A stretch of DNA of 64,000 nt from Actinomycetota bacterium (GTDB taxonomy: Bacteria > Actinomycetota > UBA4738 > HRBIN12). The notes below the pieces were generated by a model. It searched no databases. It was given only the letters and a program-made list of their open reading frames with translations, and was not told the DNA's origin. The first letter of the stretch is position 1; each line of letters begins with the position of its first letter. This document shows positions 18,799 to 29,003 of the stretch, one piece after another. The position numbers and the translations under genes were made by a program. Where the stretch lies: assembly GCA_040902745.1 (NCBI GenBank), contig JBBDWR010000019.1:1156-65155 (forward strand). Direction: 5' to 3'.

Positions 18799-20205
18799 CT
18801 AGCTGTCGAAACCGAGCTTCAAGGCGTCGAGCAGCCGGAGCCACGGCCCGCGCCGGCCCGACCGATCGGCTCGAGCCATCGCGTTGCGGGTGAGCTCCAC
18901 ACCGGCCCACCGCAGCGGTTCGGGTGGGAACGGGACCGACTTCTTGCGCACGAGCTGGAGCTCCGTCCGCTCGGTCGGTATCCCCTCGAGCAGATCGAGC
19001 GCGACCGCCGCCCCGAACCGGGAGGCTCCCAGGCCCAGTCCCGTGTAGCCGACGGAGTAGGCGACGCGGCCGCGGTGTGCCGTGCCGAAGGTGGCGCAGA
19101 CCCGAGTCGAGGTATCGATCACTCCGCCCCAACGGTGGGAGAAGCGGATCGGATCGAGCTGCGGGAAGGTCTCGAAGAAGTTCCGTTCGAGCAGGTCGAA
19201 TGTCGCCGGGCGCTGGTCAAACTCCGGACGGATCCCGCTCCCGTAGTGATAGACGGCGTCATAGCCACCCCACAGGATCCTGTCGTCGGGAGTGAGCCGG
19301 AAATAGTGGAAACGGTTCGAGGCATCGGCAAGCCCCTGGCGGTTGCCCCATCCGATCGCATCACGTTGCGCCGACGTGAGGGGCTCCGTGACGAGCACGT
19401 AGTCGTAGACGGGAACGATCCGGCGATCGATCGCGCGGACGAGTCCCGGGTATCCGTTCGTCGCCAACAGTACCCGGCGCGCGCGGATCCGCCCCCGCTC
19501 CGTCGCCGCGACCATACCCTTCCCGTCACGGTCGATCGCAACCACGGGAGAGTGCTCGTGGATCCGAACGCCGAGTTCGAGGGCCGCGTTGCGCAGACCC
19601 CATGCCAACTTCGCCGGATCGACGAGCGCAACCGTATCCCGTTCCCACCGCCCCGCGAGGAACACCGGAGACCGGATCTCGTCGCGGAGTGCGGCCCCTT
19701 CGAGCCACTCGCTGTCGATGCCAAGCGTGCGGGCCAGGTCGTGCTGCTCGCGGAGCCCTTGGATCTCGTGCGGCCGTCGCGCTAGCGTCATCTCGCCGGT
19801 GCGTTCCACGTCCGCATCGATCCCGTAGCGATCGAGTGTCGCGAACAGCTCCTCGAGGTTGCGTCGCGCGAGCTTGTCCAGCGTGCGCAGTTCACCGGGA
19901 AAGTGCCGTGCCCCGTTCTCCAGCCCGTGGGTCAGCGATGGGTCGAGGAACCCGCCGTTGCGGCCCGTGGCACCGAAGGCGATCTCGTGAGATTCGAGCA
20001 GCAGCACCTCGCGGCTCGGGTCCCGCTCCTTGGCCTGCATCGCGGCCCACAACCCCGTGAAGCCGCCGCCCACGATCAGCAGATCGGTCGCCGCCTCGCC
20101 ACGGAGGGCTTGTGTCGGCTCGGGGCGCGCCGGTGAATCGAGCCAGAACGGAACGGTCGATGCCTCGGTCGAGGTTGCCGGCCGGACATGGGTGCGTGCG
20201 GCCAT
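18799..20205 (-). CDS. FAD-dependent oxidoreductase, DAO/PuuB-like
   Basis: IVGGGFTGLWAA, GATGRNGGF, VLLATNGY, GYTGLGLGASRFGA. Confidence 0.88.
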   Translation of the reverse strand: MAARTHVRPATSTEASTVPFWLDSPARPEPTQALRGEAATDLLIVGGGFTGLWAAMQAKERDPSREVLLLESHEIAFGATGRNGGFLDPSLTHGLENGARHFPGELRTLDKLARRNLEELFATLDRYGIDADVERTGEMTLARRPHEIQGLREQHDLARTLGIDSEWLEGAALRDEIRSPVFLAGRWERDTVALVDPAKLAWGLRNAALELGVRIHEHSPVVAIDRDGKGMVAATERGRIRARRVLLATNGYPGLVRAIDRRIVPVYDYVLVTEPLTSAQRDAIGWGNRQGLADASNRFHYFRLTPDDRILWGGYDAVYHYGSGIRPEFDQRPATFDLLERNFFETFPQLDPIRFSHRWGGVIDTSTRVCATFGTAHRGRVAYSVGYTGLGLGASRFGAAVALDLLEGIPTERTELQLVRKKSVPFPPEPLRWAGVELTRNAMARADRSGRRGPWLRLLDALKLGFDS

Positions 20206-20573
20206 CAGGACTCGCTCGTGATCTGGAACACCTTGCGGAGGGTCTCGTGGACGCGCCAGGTGGTTCTCGCTCCTCGCTGGAGCACGCACAGATCGCCCGG
20301 TCCGACTTGCAGCGTCGGCCCATCCGCGATCTCGATCGTGGCACGTCCGGTGAGGACGACGAACAACTCGTCCGCTTCGACGTCGGTAACGACTCCCGGA
20401 GTGATCTGCCAGACGCCTCGGCTGATCAGCCCATCGGGAGATTCCCACACGAGCCGCTCGGAAACCTCCGGAGTCCCCTCGAGCACGTCGGAAGGATCGA
20501 GCTCCCTTGGCTCCAACTCGAGTTCGGCGACAGACAACGCAAGTGAACCGGTGGCGGTGGGCAGATCGTGCAT
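20205..20573 (-). CDS. Cupin domain protein (DUF861/EutQ-like)
   Basis: RGVWQITPG, DELFVVLTGRATIE, TTWRVHETLRK; TGATG coupled to the oxidase. Confidence 0.85.
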   Translation of the reverse strand: MHDLPTATGSLALSVAELELEPRELDPSDVLEGTPEVSERLVWESPDGLISRGVWQITPGVVTDVEADELFVVLTGRATIEIADGPTLQVGPGDLCVLQRGARTTWRVHETLRKVFQITSES

Positions 20574-20609
20574 CGCCCGAACCCTATCGAACATCTGCAT
20601 AGGCTCGCG

Positions 20610-21839
20610 TCATGCCGACTCGGCGGACGCGGACGCAGGTGCGGGCGAACGATCGTTTTGAACAGCTACTCCATCGTCGGCGGGAGCGAGACGCGGCGAT
20701 GGCGTCACCGCTCCCGGAAGGAACACGCGGAAGGCGGACCCCCCCGTCGACCGAGTCTCAACCCACGCGTCGCCGCCGTGCAGACGGGCGAATCGCCGTA
20801 CCAAGGAGAGTCCGATCCCGACGCCGCCGCGCTCGTGTGCCCCTTCGCCTTGGCGGAAAGGTTCGAAGATGTGTTCGCGCAGTTCCACGGGGATGCCACG
20901 GCCCTCGTCCTCTACGGAGAGCAGCGCCCCGTCGTCGTCGTGGCGCACCCGGACCGTCACCGGCGTTCCCGGCTCAGTGTGCTTGATCGCGTTGCTCAGC
21001 AGATTGTCGACGATCCGCTCGACCTTCGCCCGGTCGAGATCGACCAAGATCGGATCGGCCTCCACACGTACGGGGTGGTCGGGCGGGAAGGCGCCCTCCG
21101 CGACGACCCGCTCAACGACCTGTGCCAGGTCTACGGGTTCGCGATCCGGCTCGACGCCGCCGCGATCCAATCGCTCGAGGTCGAGCAGGTCGCTCGTGAT
21201 GTGATCGAGTTTTCCCGCACTCACCTGGATCGCCTCGATCAGACCATCGCGTTGCTCGCCGGTGAGCCCGAGCTTGTCCGCGCGGGACAAGGTGTTGACC
21301 GACCCGCGGACCGCGGCGATCGGACTTCGCAGGTCGTGCGACACCGCGTTGAGCAACGTGTCCTTGAACGCGTTCAGCTCCCGGAGGCGGTCGGCGGTGT
21401 CGCTGTCCGCCTCGGCTATCCGTCGCTGCTGCAGCAGCGCGTCACGAAGGGTCGCGATCAGCAGCGCGATCGCCACGAATACGGCCAGGCGGACCGCGAA
21501 GTTCACGAAGCCGACCTCGATCGACACACCTTCGTCCAACATCTCGACCGCCAGGCGGGCGCTCGCCGCGACCACGCAGGTCAAGATGCCGAGACGGCGT
21601 CCGCGACTGAAGGTCACGAGACCGATCGGGATCAGATACAGGAACGACACCTGGATAACGGGACCGGTGATCACGTCGAACGTCGCCGCGAGCATGGCCA
21701 GGAGCAAGCCCAGCACCACGACGAACGTGCCCGAACGGGCCGACAGCTCGCGCTCGATCCGAAGAAGCGTCGATGTCCCCGGGTCCGGGGTCGGCGATCC
21801 GGCAGCAGCCTCGACCATGTTCTGTCCCTCCGGACTCAT
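20610..21839 (-). CDS. Membrane sensor histidine kinase (HisKA/HATPase)
   Basis: N-terminal TM segments; AVSHDLRSP H-box, NLLSNAIKH, DEGRGI, GIGLSLV. Confidence 0.9.
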   Translation of the reverse strand: MSPEGQNMVEAAAGSPTPDPGTSTLLRIERELSARSGTFVVVLGLLLAMLAATFDVITGPVIQVSFLYLIPIGLVTFSRGRRLGILTCVVAASARLAVEMLDEGVSIEVGFVNFAVRLAVFVAIALLIATLRDALLQQRRIAEADSDTADRLRELNAFKDTLLNAVSHDLRSPIAAVRGSVNTLSRADKLGLTGEQRDGLIEAIQVSAGKLDHITSDLLDLERLDRGGVEPDREPVDLAQVVERVVAEGAFPPDHPVRVEADPILVDLDRAKVERIVDNLLSNAIKHTEPGTPVTVRVRHDDDGALLSVEDEGRGIPVELREHIFEPFRQGEGAHERGGVGIGLSLVRRFARLHGGDAWVETRSTGGSAFRVFLPGAVTPSPRLAPADDGVAVQNDRSPAPASASAESA

Positions 21840-23380
21840 CCTCGGCCCACCAGCCCGAGGTCTTGAGTCGTCGTGGGCGCCGAGGAGGGATGCGCGGCAA
21901 CGGTGTCGGCCCCGAGGGCGTCGGATTCGGGGGCAGGCAGGTTCGGCCGCATCGCGTCTTGCTCCAGGGGCAACCAGAACTCCACGGTGGTCCCCTGACC
22001 GGGCGCGCTCAGTACCCGGAGCCACCCCCCGGCAAGTTCGGCGCGCTCCCGCATCGAGGCGAGACCTCCATGCCCCGGCTGGGTCGCCGGGTCGGGCGGC
22101 ATCCCGGCTCCGTCGTCCACGATCCGTGTGAGGAACCCGCAGTCATGCGAGGAGAGTTCGACCCGCAGATGCGCGGCGCCGGCATGTTTGCCGGCGTTGA
22201 CGACCGCTTCCTGTGCGATCCGATAGGCGATCGCTCGGGCTTCGATCGGTGGCTCCTCGCCGAGCCGATCGAGCAGTTCGGTGACGACCGATCCCTTGGT
22301 CGAACTGGACAGCTCCAGGTATTGACGGATCGCTTCCGCTATCCCCTCCTTCTCCAAGGCCGGAGGGCGCAGCTCGAACAGCAGGCTCCGGAGGCTCTCG
22401 ACCGAGGCGGTGACCTTGCCGGCGAGCTCCTCGAGTCCGGCGTCAAGCTCCGGGTCGTGGGTCCGGCCGCGGAGGGTGTGCAGGCGCATGCCGACCGCGA
22501 TCATCTTCTGGATCGGGTCGTCGTGGATATCGCCACCGAGGCGGCGTCGCTCTTCCTCCTGGGTTCGGACGAGCTGGACGAGCAGCGTGCGTCGCTCCTT
22601 CTCCAAGCGGCGCCGGTCCGTCACGTCCAATACGACCCCCTGCCACACCGTGGCCCGTCCTTCTTCGCTCCACGCCACGGGGTAGGACTCGTCGTGGACC
22701 AAGACCTCGCGTCCGTCCCGAGCGATCATGCGGTATTCGAGTTCGTAGGGCTCGTCCGAGCGCTCGGAGCCTTCGGTACTGTTCCAGACCCGGTCGAGGT
22801 CGTCGGGGTGCATCCGTCGCTCCCACAGCTCTCGGTCGGCCATCCACTCGGCAGGCGTGAACCCGAGCAGCTCCTCCAGCTGCGGCCCGATGTACAGACC
22901 CTCCCCGTGTTCGTCGTGTTCGGTCGACCACACGTACACGACACCGGGCAAGTGCTCGACCAGCGAGCGGTAGCGTTGCTCCGCCTCGGCCAGTGCGTCG
23001 ACCGCTCGGCGATGCTCGGTGATGTCGATACAGATCCCGCGCACGAGCCGGGACCGACTCGGACCGCGGTCGATCACGTGGATCGTGTCCCGGGTCCAGA
23101 TCTGGCGGTCGTCGGCCGTGATCACCCGGTACTCCACACGATGATGTCCCGGCTCACGCTCGATCGCCTCGTAGAAGCGTTTGACCCGATCGGTGTCGTC
23201 CGGATGCAGGATCGAGGCCCAGAACCCCGGATCATCCGTCCAGCGCCAGCGCGGGTAGCCCAGCATCCGCTCGCAGCTGGCGCTGATGTAGGTGTAGGCC
23301 TCGGCGTCCGTCTCGTATTCCCACACGACGGCGTCGAGATCGCCGAGCAACTCCTCGAAGTTCGCCTCGCGCGCCTCCAC
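21836..23380 (-). CDS. Cytoplasmic PAS-PAS sensor histidine kinase (HisKA_3)
   Basis: Two PAS_3 repeats (HPDD), EERRRLGGDIHDD, QEAVVNAGKHA, DDGAG, GLASMRERA. Confidence 0.9.
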   Translation of the reverse strand: MEAREANFEELLGDLDAVVWEYETDAEAYTYISASCERMLGYPRWRWTDDPGFWASILHPDDTDRVKRFYEAIEREPGHHRVEYRVITADDRQIWTRDTIHVIDRGPSRSRLVRGICIDITEHRRAVDALAEAEQRYRSLVEHLPGVVYVWSTEHDEHGEGLYIGPQLEELLGFTPAEWMADRELWERRMHPDDLDRVWNSTEGSERSDEPYELEYRMIARDGREVLVHDESYPVAWSEEGRATVWQGVVLDVTDRRRLEKERRTLLVQLVRTQEEERRRLGGDIHDDPIQKMIAVGMRLHTLRGRTHDPELDAGLEELAGKVTASVESLRSLLFELRPPALEKEGIAEAIRQYLELSSSTKGSVVTELLDRLGEEPPIEARAIAYRIAQEAVVNAGKHAGAAHLRVELSSHDCGFLTRIVDDGAGMPPDPATQPGHGGLASMRERAELAGGWLRVLSAPGQGTTVEFWLPLEQDAMRPNLPAPESDALGADTVAAHPSSAPTTTQDLGLVGRG

Positions 23381-23452
23381 GTGCCCTCCGACTCCACCGC
23401 AGAGCCGACCCGCCTTGCCGGCGGACCAGCGGGGATCAACCCCTCTGCTGAT

Positions 23453-24061
23453 TCATTCGGAGGGAGCGAGCAGGTCCTTGAGGGCACGGAAGGCTCGGCC
23501 CCGGTGGCTGATCCGATCCTTGTCGGCATCGGTGAGCTCGGCGATCGTGAGGTCCCAACCCGCAGGCACGAACAGCGGGTCGTAACCGAAACCGGCGGTG
23601 CCTCGGGGTTTGGCGATGAGCAGACCCTCGCAGGTCCCCTCCGCGTGGACCTCGCGGCCGTCCGGCCAGGCGGTCACGGCAACGCAGCGATACCGAGCGG
23701 ACCGGCCGGACGACGGCACGCCTTTGATCGCCCGAACCAATTGTCGAAGGTTGTCCTGGTCGGTCGCCCGGTCCCCGGCGTACCGAGCGGACCGGGGACC
23801 GGGTTCCCCGCCGAGCGCATCGACCTCGATCCCGGAGTCGTCGGCGATCGCGGCGAGCCCGAGAGCGCGTGCTGTGGCGTGCGCCTTCAGGCGCGCGTTG
23901 TCCAGATAGGTCGCGCCCGTCTCCTCCACCTCGGGCCACGCCGCGGACGGGTCCGTCTGCAGGGTGATCCACGTCGTGGGCCAGCCGGCACAGATGCGCG
24001 CGATCTCTCGCAGCTTGTGCGCGTTGCCGGTCGCGACCGCGATCGGATCGGGAACGGCCAC
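23453..24061 (-). CDS. rdgB: Non-canonical purine NTP pyrophosphatase (RdgB/HAM1)
   Basis: ATGNAHKLRE, ADDSG, GFGYDPLF, ISHRGRA. Confidence 0.95.
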   Translation of the reverse strand: MAVPDPIAVATGNAHKLREIARICAGWPTTWITLQTDPSAAWPEVEETGATYLDNARLKAHATARALGLAAIADDSGIEVDALGGEPGPRSARYAGDRATDQDNLRQLVRAIKGVPSSGRSARYRCVAVTAWPDGREVHAEGTCEGLLIAKPRGTAGFGYDPLFVPAGWDLTIAELTDADKDRISHRGRAFRALKDLLAPSE

Positions 24062-24068
24062 CGCCGCG

Positions 24069-24797
24069 TCAGCCTTCGAGCGTCTGCCGCTGGATCTCGA
24101 TCAGCCGGCCGATGCCGGCCTCCGCGAGATCGACGAGCTCGTTGAGCTGTGCGCGGGAGAAGGGATCACCCTCGGCGGTTCCCTGCACCTCGACGAGCGC
24201 ACCCGACCCCGTCATCACGACGTTGAAATCGACGTCCGCCTCGGCGTCCTCCTCGTAGGCGAGGTCGAGCACCGATCGACCGCCGACGATGCCCACGCTC
24301 ACGGCCGCCACTGCGTCCTTCAGCGGATCGGACTTGAGCCGGTCGTCGTTGCGGAGGGTGCGCACGGCGAGGGCCAGGGCGAGGTAGCCGGCCGTGATCG
24401 ACGCGGTGCGCGTCCCGGCGTCGGCCTGGAGTACGTCGCAATCGATCGTGATCGTTCGTTCCCCGAGAGCCCGCAGGTCGGTGACGGCACGCAGCGACCG
24501 TCCGATCAGCCGCTGGATCTCCTGGGTCCGGCCGCTCGGCCTGCCGCGCGCGACCTCACGACGGGTCCTTTCCATCGTCGCTCTCGGCAGCATCGAATAC
24601 TCGGCGGTGACCCATCCCTTGCCGCTGCCCGAGAGGAAACGCGGCGCTTGGTCCTCGACCGATGCCGAGACCAACACCCGCGTCCGACCCATCTCGAACA
24701 GCACGGATCCCTCGGCCCACTCCTGGAACCCCAGCTCGCAGGTGACCGGTCGAAGATCGAGTCGTCCGCGGCCGTCGGGGCGATCCCCCACGCTCAC
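24069..24797 (-). CDS. rph: Ribonuclease PH
   Basis: [54 protein letters not shown]. Confidence 0.96.
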   Translation of the reverse strand: MSVGDRPDGRGRLDLRPVTCELGFQEWAEGSVLFEMGRTRVLVSASVEDQAPRFLSGSGKGWVTAEYSMLPRATMERTRREVARGRPSGRTQEIQRLIGRSLRAVTDLRALGERTITIDCDVLQADAGTRTASITAGYLALALAVRTLRNDDRLKSDPLKDAVAAVSVGIVGGRSVLDLAYEEDAEADVDFNVVMTGSGALVEVQGTAEGDPFSRAQLNELVDLAEAGIGRLIEIQRQTLEG

Positions 24798-25546
24798 GAG
24801 CCGACCTCGTGCCGGTCGTCTTCGAGCGCCAGCTCGACCGGACCCGAGAACCGTTGCGCCGCCTCGCTCCGGGAACGCTCCCGGTCGCGGATCGGCAAGA
24901 TGTGCGTCAGCATCAGTCTGCGGGCGCCCGCACGCGTTGCATGCTCGCCGGCCTGCTCCGCGGACAGATGGAACGGCGCCAGCTCGTCCCCCGACTGCCA
25001 CGTCGCCTCGCAGAGGAACAGGTCGGCGTCGCGCGCGAGCTTGACCACCTCATCGCTCGGCCCCGTGTCACCGGAATACGCCAGCACTTCGTCGTTCGCC
25101 TGGATCCGGTAGCCGAGCGCTTTGACGCCGATGTGCGCCATCTCGAAGGTCTCGACGCGGAACGGTCCCACCTCGAAGGTCTGTCCGGCGTCCACCGGAG
25201 TCCAGTCGTAGGTCTCCCGGACCGTCGCGCGACTCTCCTCGGAGATGACCTGCTCGAAGCGGCCGAAGAAGTCGGCCGGACCGTGCACCCGCAACTGTCC
25301 CTCGCCCTGCCCGTAGTAGAACCGCGCGTAGTAAGTGGGATACAGGTCCAGGAAGTGATCCGGATGCCCGTGGCTGATCAACACGGCGTCGATCTCCGAG
25401 AGCGGTTCGTGGGTTTGGAGTCGCGACAGCGTCCCCGAGCCCGCGTCGACCCACAGATCGAACCCGTCATGGCGCACGAGGAAACCGCTCGTGGCTCCAC
25501 CGGCGTGGGGCCACGTCCCGCAGGAGCCGAGGACGATCAGTTCCAT
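24794..25546 (-). CDS. MBL-fold metallo-hydrolase (Rv1339-like phosphodiesterase)
   Basis: SHGHPDH, YSGDTG, LCEAT, LTH; conserved position between murI and rph. Confidence 0.88.
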   Translation of the reverse strand: MELIVLGSCGTWPHAGGATSGFLVRHDGFDLWVDAGSGTLSRLQTHEPLSEIDAVLISHGHPDHFLDLYPTYYARFYYGQGEGQLRVHGPADFFGRFEQVISEESRATVRETYDWTPVDAGQTFEVGPFRVETFEMAHIGVKALGYRIQANDEVLAYSGDTGPSDEVVKLARDADLFLCEATWQSGDELAPFHLSAEQAGEHATRAGARRLMLTHILPIRDRERSRSEAAQRFSGPVELALEDDRHEVGS

Positions 25547-25583
25547 CGCGTCCTCCGCACGTGTCGGCCGCGTCGCTCGGGAC

Positions 25584-26414
25584 TCATCGACCGCCACCTG
25601 GGACGAGTTCGGCGCGGGAGGCACGAACCTGAGCGACCTCCGGACCGAGGAAGCGCTCCGCGAGCGATTGGAAGGCACGAGGGTCGCCCGTGGTGGACCA
25701 TTCGTGTTGGGGGGCGGACGCCGTCGCCGACCGTTCCCGCTCGTTCACCACCAGGGTCCCGTAGACGTCCTTCGCCGTCTCCTCCGCCGAGGAGACCAGG
25801 ACCACGTCCGGTCCCATCTCGAGCCGGAGAAGACCGGAGAGCAACGGGTAGTGCGTGCAACCGAGGATCAGCGTGTCCACCCCCCCTTCGTGGAGGGGTT
25901 CAAGATACCCGCGCGCGGCGCTTCGCAACTCGGGGCTCGACGTATCGCCCCGTTCGACGAATTCGACGAAGGCGGGACAGGCAACCGAAAGCAGACGCGC
26001 CTCGGGATCGACCCGGCGGGCAGCTCGCTCGTAGGCCCCGCTCGCGACGGTGGCCTGCGTCCCGATCAAGCCGATCCGGCCGTTTCGCGTCGCGCGGATC
26101 GCCGCCCGAACGCCGGGGTCGATCACGCCCACAGCCGGCGTGCCCGCAGCGACCGCGACCGCGTCGATCGCCGAGACCTCGATCGAGTTGCACGCCACGA
26201 CCAGAAGTTTCACGTCACGGGCCACGAGCGAACGTGCGATCTCCACCGCGAAGCGGCGGATCTCCTCCATCGGCCGCTGTCCGTAGGGGAACCTCGCGGT
26301 GTCGCCGACGTAGAGCAACGGCTCGTTCGGGAGCAGGTCCAAGATCGCGCGAGCAACGGTGAGTCCTCCCACGCCGGAGTCGAAGATGCCGATCGGCCGG
26401 TCGTCAGCCACCAC
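25584..26414 (-). CDS. murI: Glutamate racemase
   Basis: IGIFDSGVGGLTV, PYG, VACNS, LGCTHYP. Confidence 0.96.
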   Translation of the reverse strand: MVADDRPIGIFDSGVGGLTVARAILDLLPNEPLLYVGDTARFPYGQRPMEEIRRFAVEIARSLVARDVKLLVVACNSIEVSAIDAVAVAAGTPAVGVIDPGVRAAIRATRNGRIGLIGTQATVASGAYERAARRVDPEARLLSVACPAFVEFVERGDTSSPELRSAARGYLEPLHEGGVDTLILGCTHYPLLSGLLRLEMGPDVVLVSSAEETAKDVYGTLVVNERERSATASAPQHEWSTTGDPRAFQSLAERFLGPEVAQVRASRAELVPGGGR

Positions 26415-26453
26415 AACCAGCCTGTCGGTCGGCCGGACGGGGCACGATGCGCG

Positions 26454-27389
26454 TCACCACCACAGGGAGTCGGACACACCCTTCTCCGCTCGGTCCAACT
26501 CCGGCGCCCATGCGTTCGTGGAGAGGTACTTCCAGCCGCCGTCCGGCAGCAGGCAGACCACGTCGCCCTGCTCGATCTCTTGCGCGATCCGCACCGCCGT
26601 GTACATCACCGCCCCGGAGGAGATCCCCGCGAAGATCCCCTCCCGCGCCGTCAACTCGCGCACCGCGCGCAAGGAGTTCGACGAGTCGACCAGGAACTTC
26701 CGCGTGAGCACACTCTCGTCGAAGATCGGTGGGATGAATCCCTCCTCCATCGAGCGCAGTCCGTAGACGAGATCGCCCAATTCCGGTTCGGCCGCGACGA
26801 TCTGCACGGCGGGGTCGTGTTCGCGCAGCCGGCGTCCGGTTCCGGTGAGGGTGCCCCCGGTGCCGAGGCCCGCCACGAAGTGTGTCACCTGGGGGCAGTC
26901 CGCGATGATCTCCGCTCCCGTTCCCTCGTAGTGGGCGAGCGGGTTCGCCGGATTCCCGTACTGGAACGGCATGTAGTATCGGTCGTCCTTCGCGAGTGCG
27001 TTCGCGACCTCGATCGAACCGTTGGTGCCCTTGTCGGCGGGCGAGTACACGATCTGCGCACCGAAGAGTTCCAACAGCTGGATCCGCTCTTCGCTCGCGT
27101 TGTCCGGGATCACGACGGTCAGCCCGTACCCCTTGCGGCGCGCGACCATCGCGAGCGCGATCCCCGTGTTGCCCGACGTAGGTTCCAGGATCGTCTTGTC
27201 GTCGGTCAGCTGGCCGCTGTCCTCGGCGGCCTCGACCATCTTGAGGGCGATCCGGTCCTTCATGGACCCCGTGGGGTTGTTTCCTTCGAGCTTGGCCCAC
27301 AGGCGTACCTTCGGGTTGGGCGACATGCGCGGCATGCCCACCAGCGGCGTGTTGCCGATCGCCTCGAGGATCGAGTCGTAGCGCGTCAT
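26454..27389 (-). CDS. cysM: CysO-thiocarboxylate-dependent cysteine synthase (O-phosphoserine sulfhydrylase)
   Basis: NPTGSMKDR PLP lysine, EPTSGNTG, GLGTGGT, DGGWKYLS, C-terminal LWW; adjacent to cysO/mec. Confidence 0.92.
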   Translation of the reverse strand: MTRYDSILEAIGNTPLVGMPRMSPNPKVRLWAKLEGNNPTGSMKDRIALKMVEAAEDSGQLTDDKTILEPTSGNTGIALAMVARRKGYGLTVVIPDNASEERIQLLELFGAQIVYSPADKGTNGSIEVANALAKDDRYYMPFQYGNPANPLAHYEGTGAEIIADCPQVTHFVAGLGTGGTLTGTGRRLREHDPAVQIVAAEPELGDLVYGLRSMEEGFIPPIFDESVLTRKFLVDSSNSLRAVRELTAREGIFAGISSGAVMYTAVRIAQEIEQGDVVCLLPDGGWKYLSTNAWAPELDRAEKGVSDSLWW

Positions 27390-27443
27390 GAGCGAAGTAT
27401 CCCAGTGCCCGAGGTAGCGGCACTCACGCCCGGACGACCTGGC

Positions 27444-27722
27444 TCAGCAGCCGCCCGCGACCGCCGGCAGGAGCGAGATCGTGTCGCCCTCGGTCACCGG
27501 CGTCTCGAGCGAGCCCAGGTAGCGCACGTCCTCGTCGTTGACGTAGATATTGATGAAGCGGTGCAGCCCGCCGTCGTCGCTCCGGACGTTCTTGGTGATC
27601 CCCGGGAAGCGGGTCTCGAGGTCGTTGAGGACCTCGTTGAGGGTGGCCCCGTCTGCATCGACCTTGGCCTGCCCGTCCGCATGTTTGCGGAGGATCGTTG
27701 GGAGCTTCACCTGGACGGACAT
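27444..27722 (-). CDS. cysO: Ubiquitin-like MoaD/ThiS sulfur carrier with a C-terminal GG-C extension
   Basis: MSVQVKLPTILR...RFINIYVNDEDVRY...LPAVAGGC*. Confidence 0.92.
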   Translation of the reverse strand: MSVQVKLPTILRKHADGQAKVDADGATLNEVLNDLETRFPGITKNVRSDDGGLHRFINIYVNDEDVRYLGSLETPVTEGDTISLLPAVAGGC

Positions 27723-27789
27723 CGCTTCTTCGTCTCCTACTCTGGGTTGGGTGGTCAGCACACTTCCTACCGGGCACCGCTCCGAGCCA

Positions 27790-28611
27790 CTAGCCGGCCG
27801 CGGGCACTCCGCAGAATTCCTCGTAGTCGATCAGCTCGGTGATCGTCGGCTCCTTGCCGCAGACGGGGCAGTCCGCGTCCCAGCGAACCTTGACCGTTTG
27901 GAACTCCATGAGCAGCGCGTCGAAGATCAGCAGCCGACCGATCAGCGGCTCGCCCGCCCCGGTGATCAACTTGACGGCCTCGGTCGCCTGGATCGCGCCC
28001 ACGATGCCCGGAAGCACCCCGAACACCCCCCCCTCCGCACAGCTCGGCACGGTGCCCGGCGGTGGGGGCTGCGGGAACAGACACCGGTAGCACGGCGCCT
28101 CCTGGCCCGGCATGAAGACGGTGGCTTGCCCGTCGAACTGGTAGATCGACCCGTACACGAGGGGCTTGCCGAGCATCTGCGTCGCGTCGTTAACGAGGTA
28201 ACGCACGGGGAAGTTGTCGGTTCCGTCGATCACGATGTCCCACGGCTCGAGGATCTCGAAGGCGTTCGCCGACGTGAGGATCGTGTCGTAGGTGACGACC
28301 TCGATCGTCGGGTTTAGCTCTCGCAAGGTCTCCGCCGCGCTCTCGACCTTCGGGCGGCCCAGGTCGCTGGTACCGTGCGCGATCTGCCGCTGCAGGTTCG
28401 ACAGGTCCACCCGGTCGAAGTCGACCAGGCCGATCGTCCCCACGCCCGCGGCCGCGAGGTACATCGAGATCGGTGAACCGAGACCGCCCGTCCCGATACA
28501 CAACACCTTGGCGTCCACGAGCTTGCGCTGACCCGCTCCCCCGATCCCGGGAAGGATGATGTGCCGCGCGTAGCGCTGCACCTGCTCCTCGCTGAAGCCG
28601 AGTCCGCTCAT
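27790..28611 (-). CDS. moeB: ThiF/MoeB-family sulfur-carrier adenylyltransferase without a rhodanese domain
   Basis: RYARH, GTGGLGSP, SNLQRQ, DGTDNF, PCYRC, PSCAEGGV, CPVCG; ends at LIDYEEFCGVPAAG. Confidence 0.92.
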   Translation of the reverse strand: MSGLGFSEEQVQRYARHIILPGIGGAGQRKLVDAKVLCIGTGGLGSPISMYLAAAGVGTIGLVDFDRVDLSNLQRQIAHGTSDLGRPKVESAAETLRELNPTIEVVTYDTILTSANAFEILEPWDIVIDGTDNFPVRYLVNDATQMLGKPLVYGSIYQFDGQATVFMPGQEAPCYRCLFPQPPPPGTVPSCAEGGVFGVLPGIVGAIQATEAVKLITGAGEPLIGRLLIFDALLMEFQTVKVRWDADCPVCGKEPTITELIDYEEFCGVPAAG

Positions 28612-29003
28612 GCGATCGTCAGCTCCTCCTGGGTGACCTGTCCGTCGACGATCCAAAACGCCTTGAGATCGGGGTGCTCACGATCGGACAGGGACATGAT
28701 CAGGTACCGCGCGTCCGGGTAGAAGGCGAGGGATCGATCTGTTTCGCTCGGGTAGGCCTCGGAGTGCGTGTGCGTATGGAAGATCCCTTGCAGCTCCCAG
28801 CCGTGCTCGTCCATCTCGTCGAACACTCGGAGCTGCTCGGTGGGATCCAGGCGATAGGAGACGGGACTGGCGTCGAGGTTGGACAGGGCGTAGAACTTCT
28901 CCGTGGCGTCGGTGGTGCCCGCCACGAGGCCACAGGCCTCGTTCGGGAATCCCCGGAGCCCGTGCTCCACCATCTCTTTGAACAGCACTCCGTCGAGTTC
29001 CAC
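28608..29003 (-). CDS. mec: JAMM/M67 metallopeptidase (CysO-cysteine peptidase)
   Basis: PNEACG, HTHTHSEAYPSETD JAMM motif; GTG at 29003 after GGGGG (alternative start 29015). Confidence 0.92.
   Translation of the reverse strand: MELDGVLFKEMVEHGLRGFPNEACGLVAGTTDATEKFYALSNLDASPVSYRLDPTEQLRVFDEMDEHGWELQGIFHTHTHSEAYPSETDRSLAFYPDARYLIMSLSDREHPDLKAFWIVDGQVTQEELTIA

Noticed and set aside
21773-27842. Long plus-strand ORFs (790, 517, 783 aa), and similar ones at 31784, 37072 (5' part) and 42463
   Set aside because: Antisense shadows of well-supported minus-strand genes, expected at high GC
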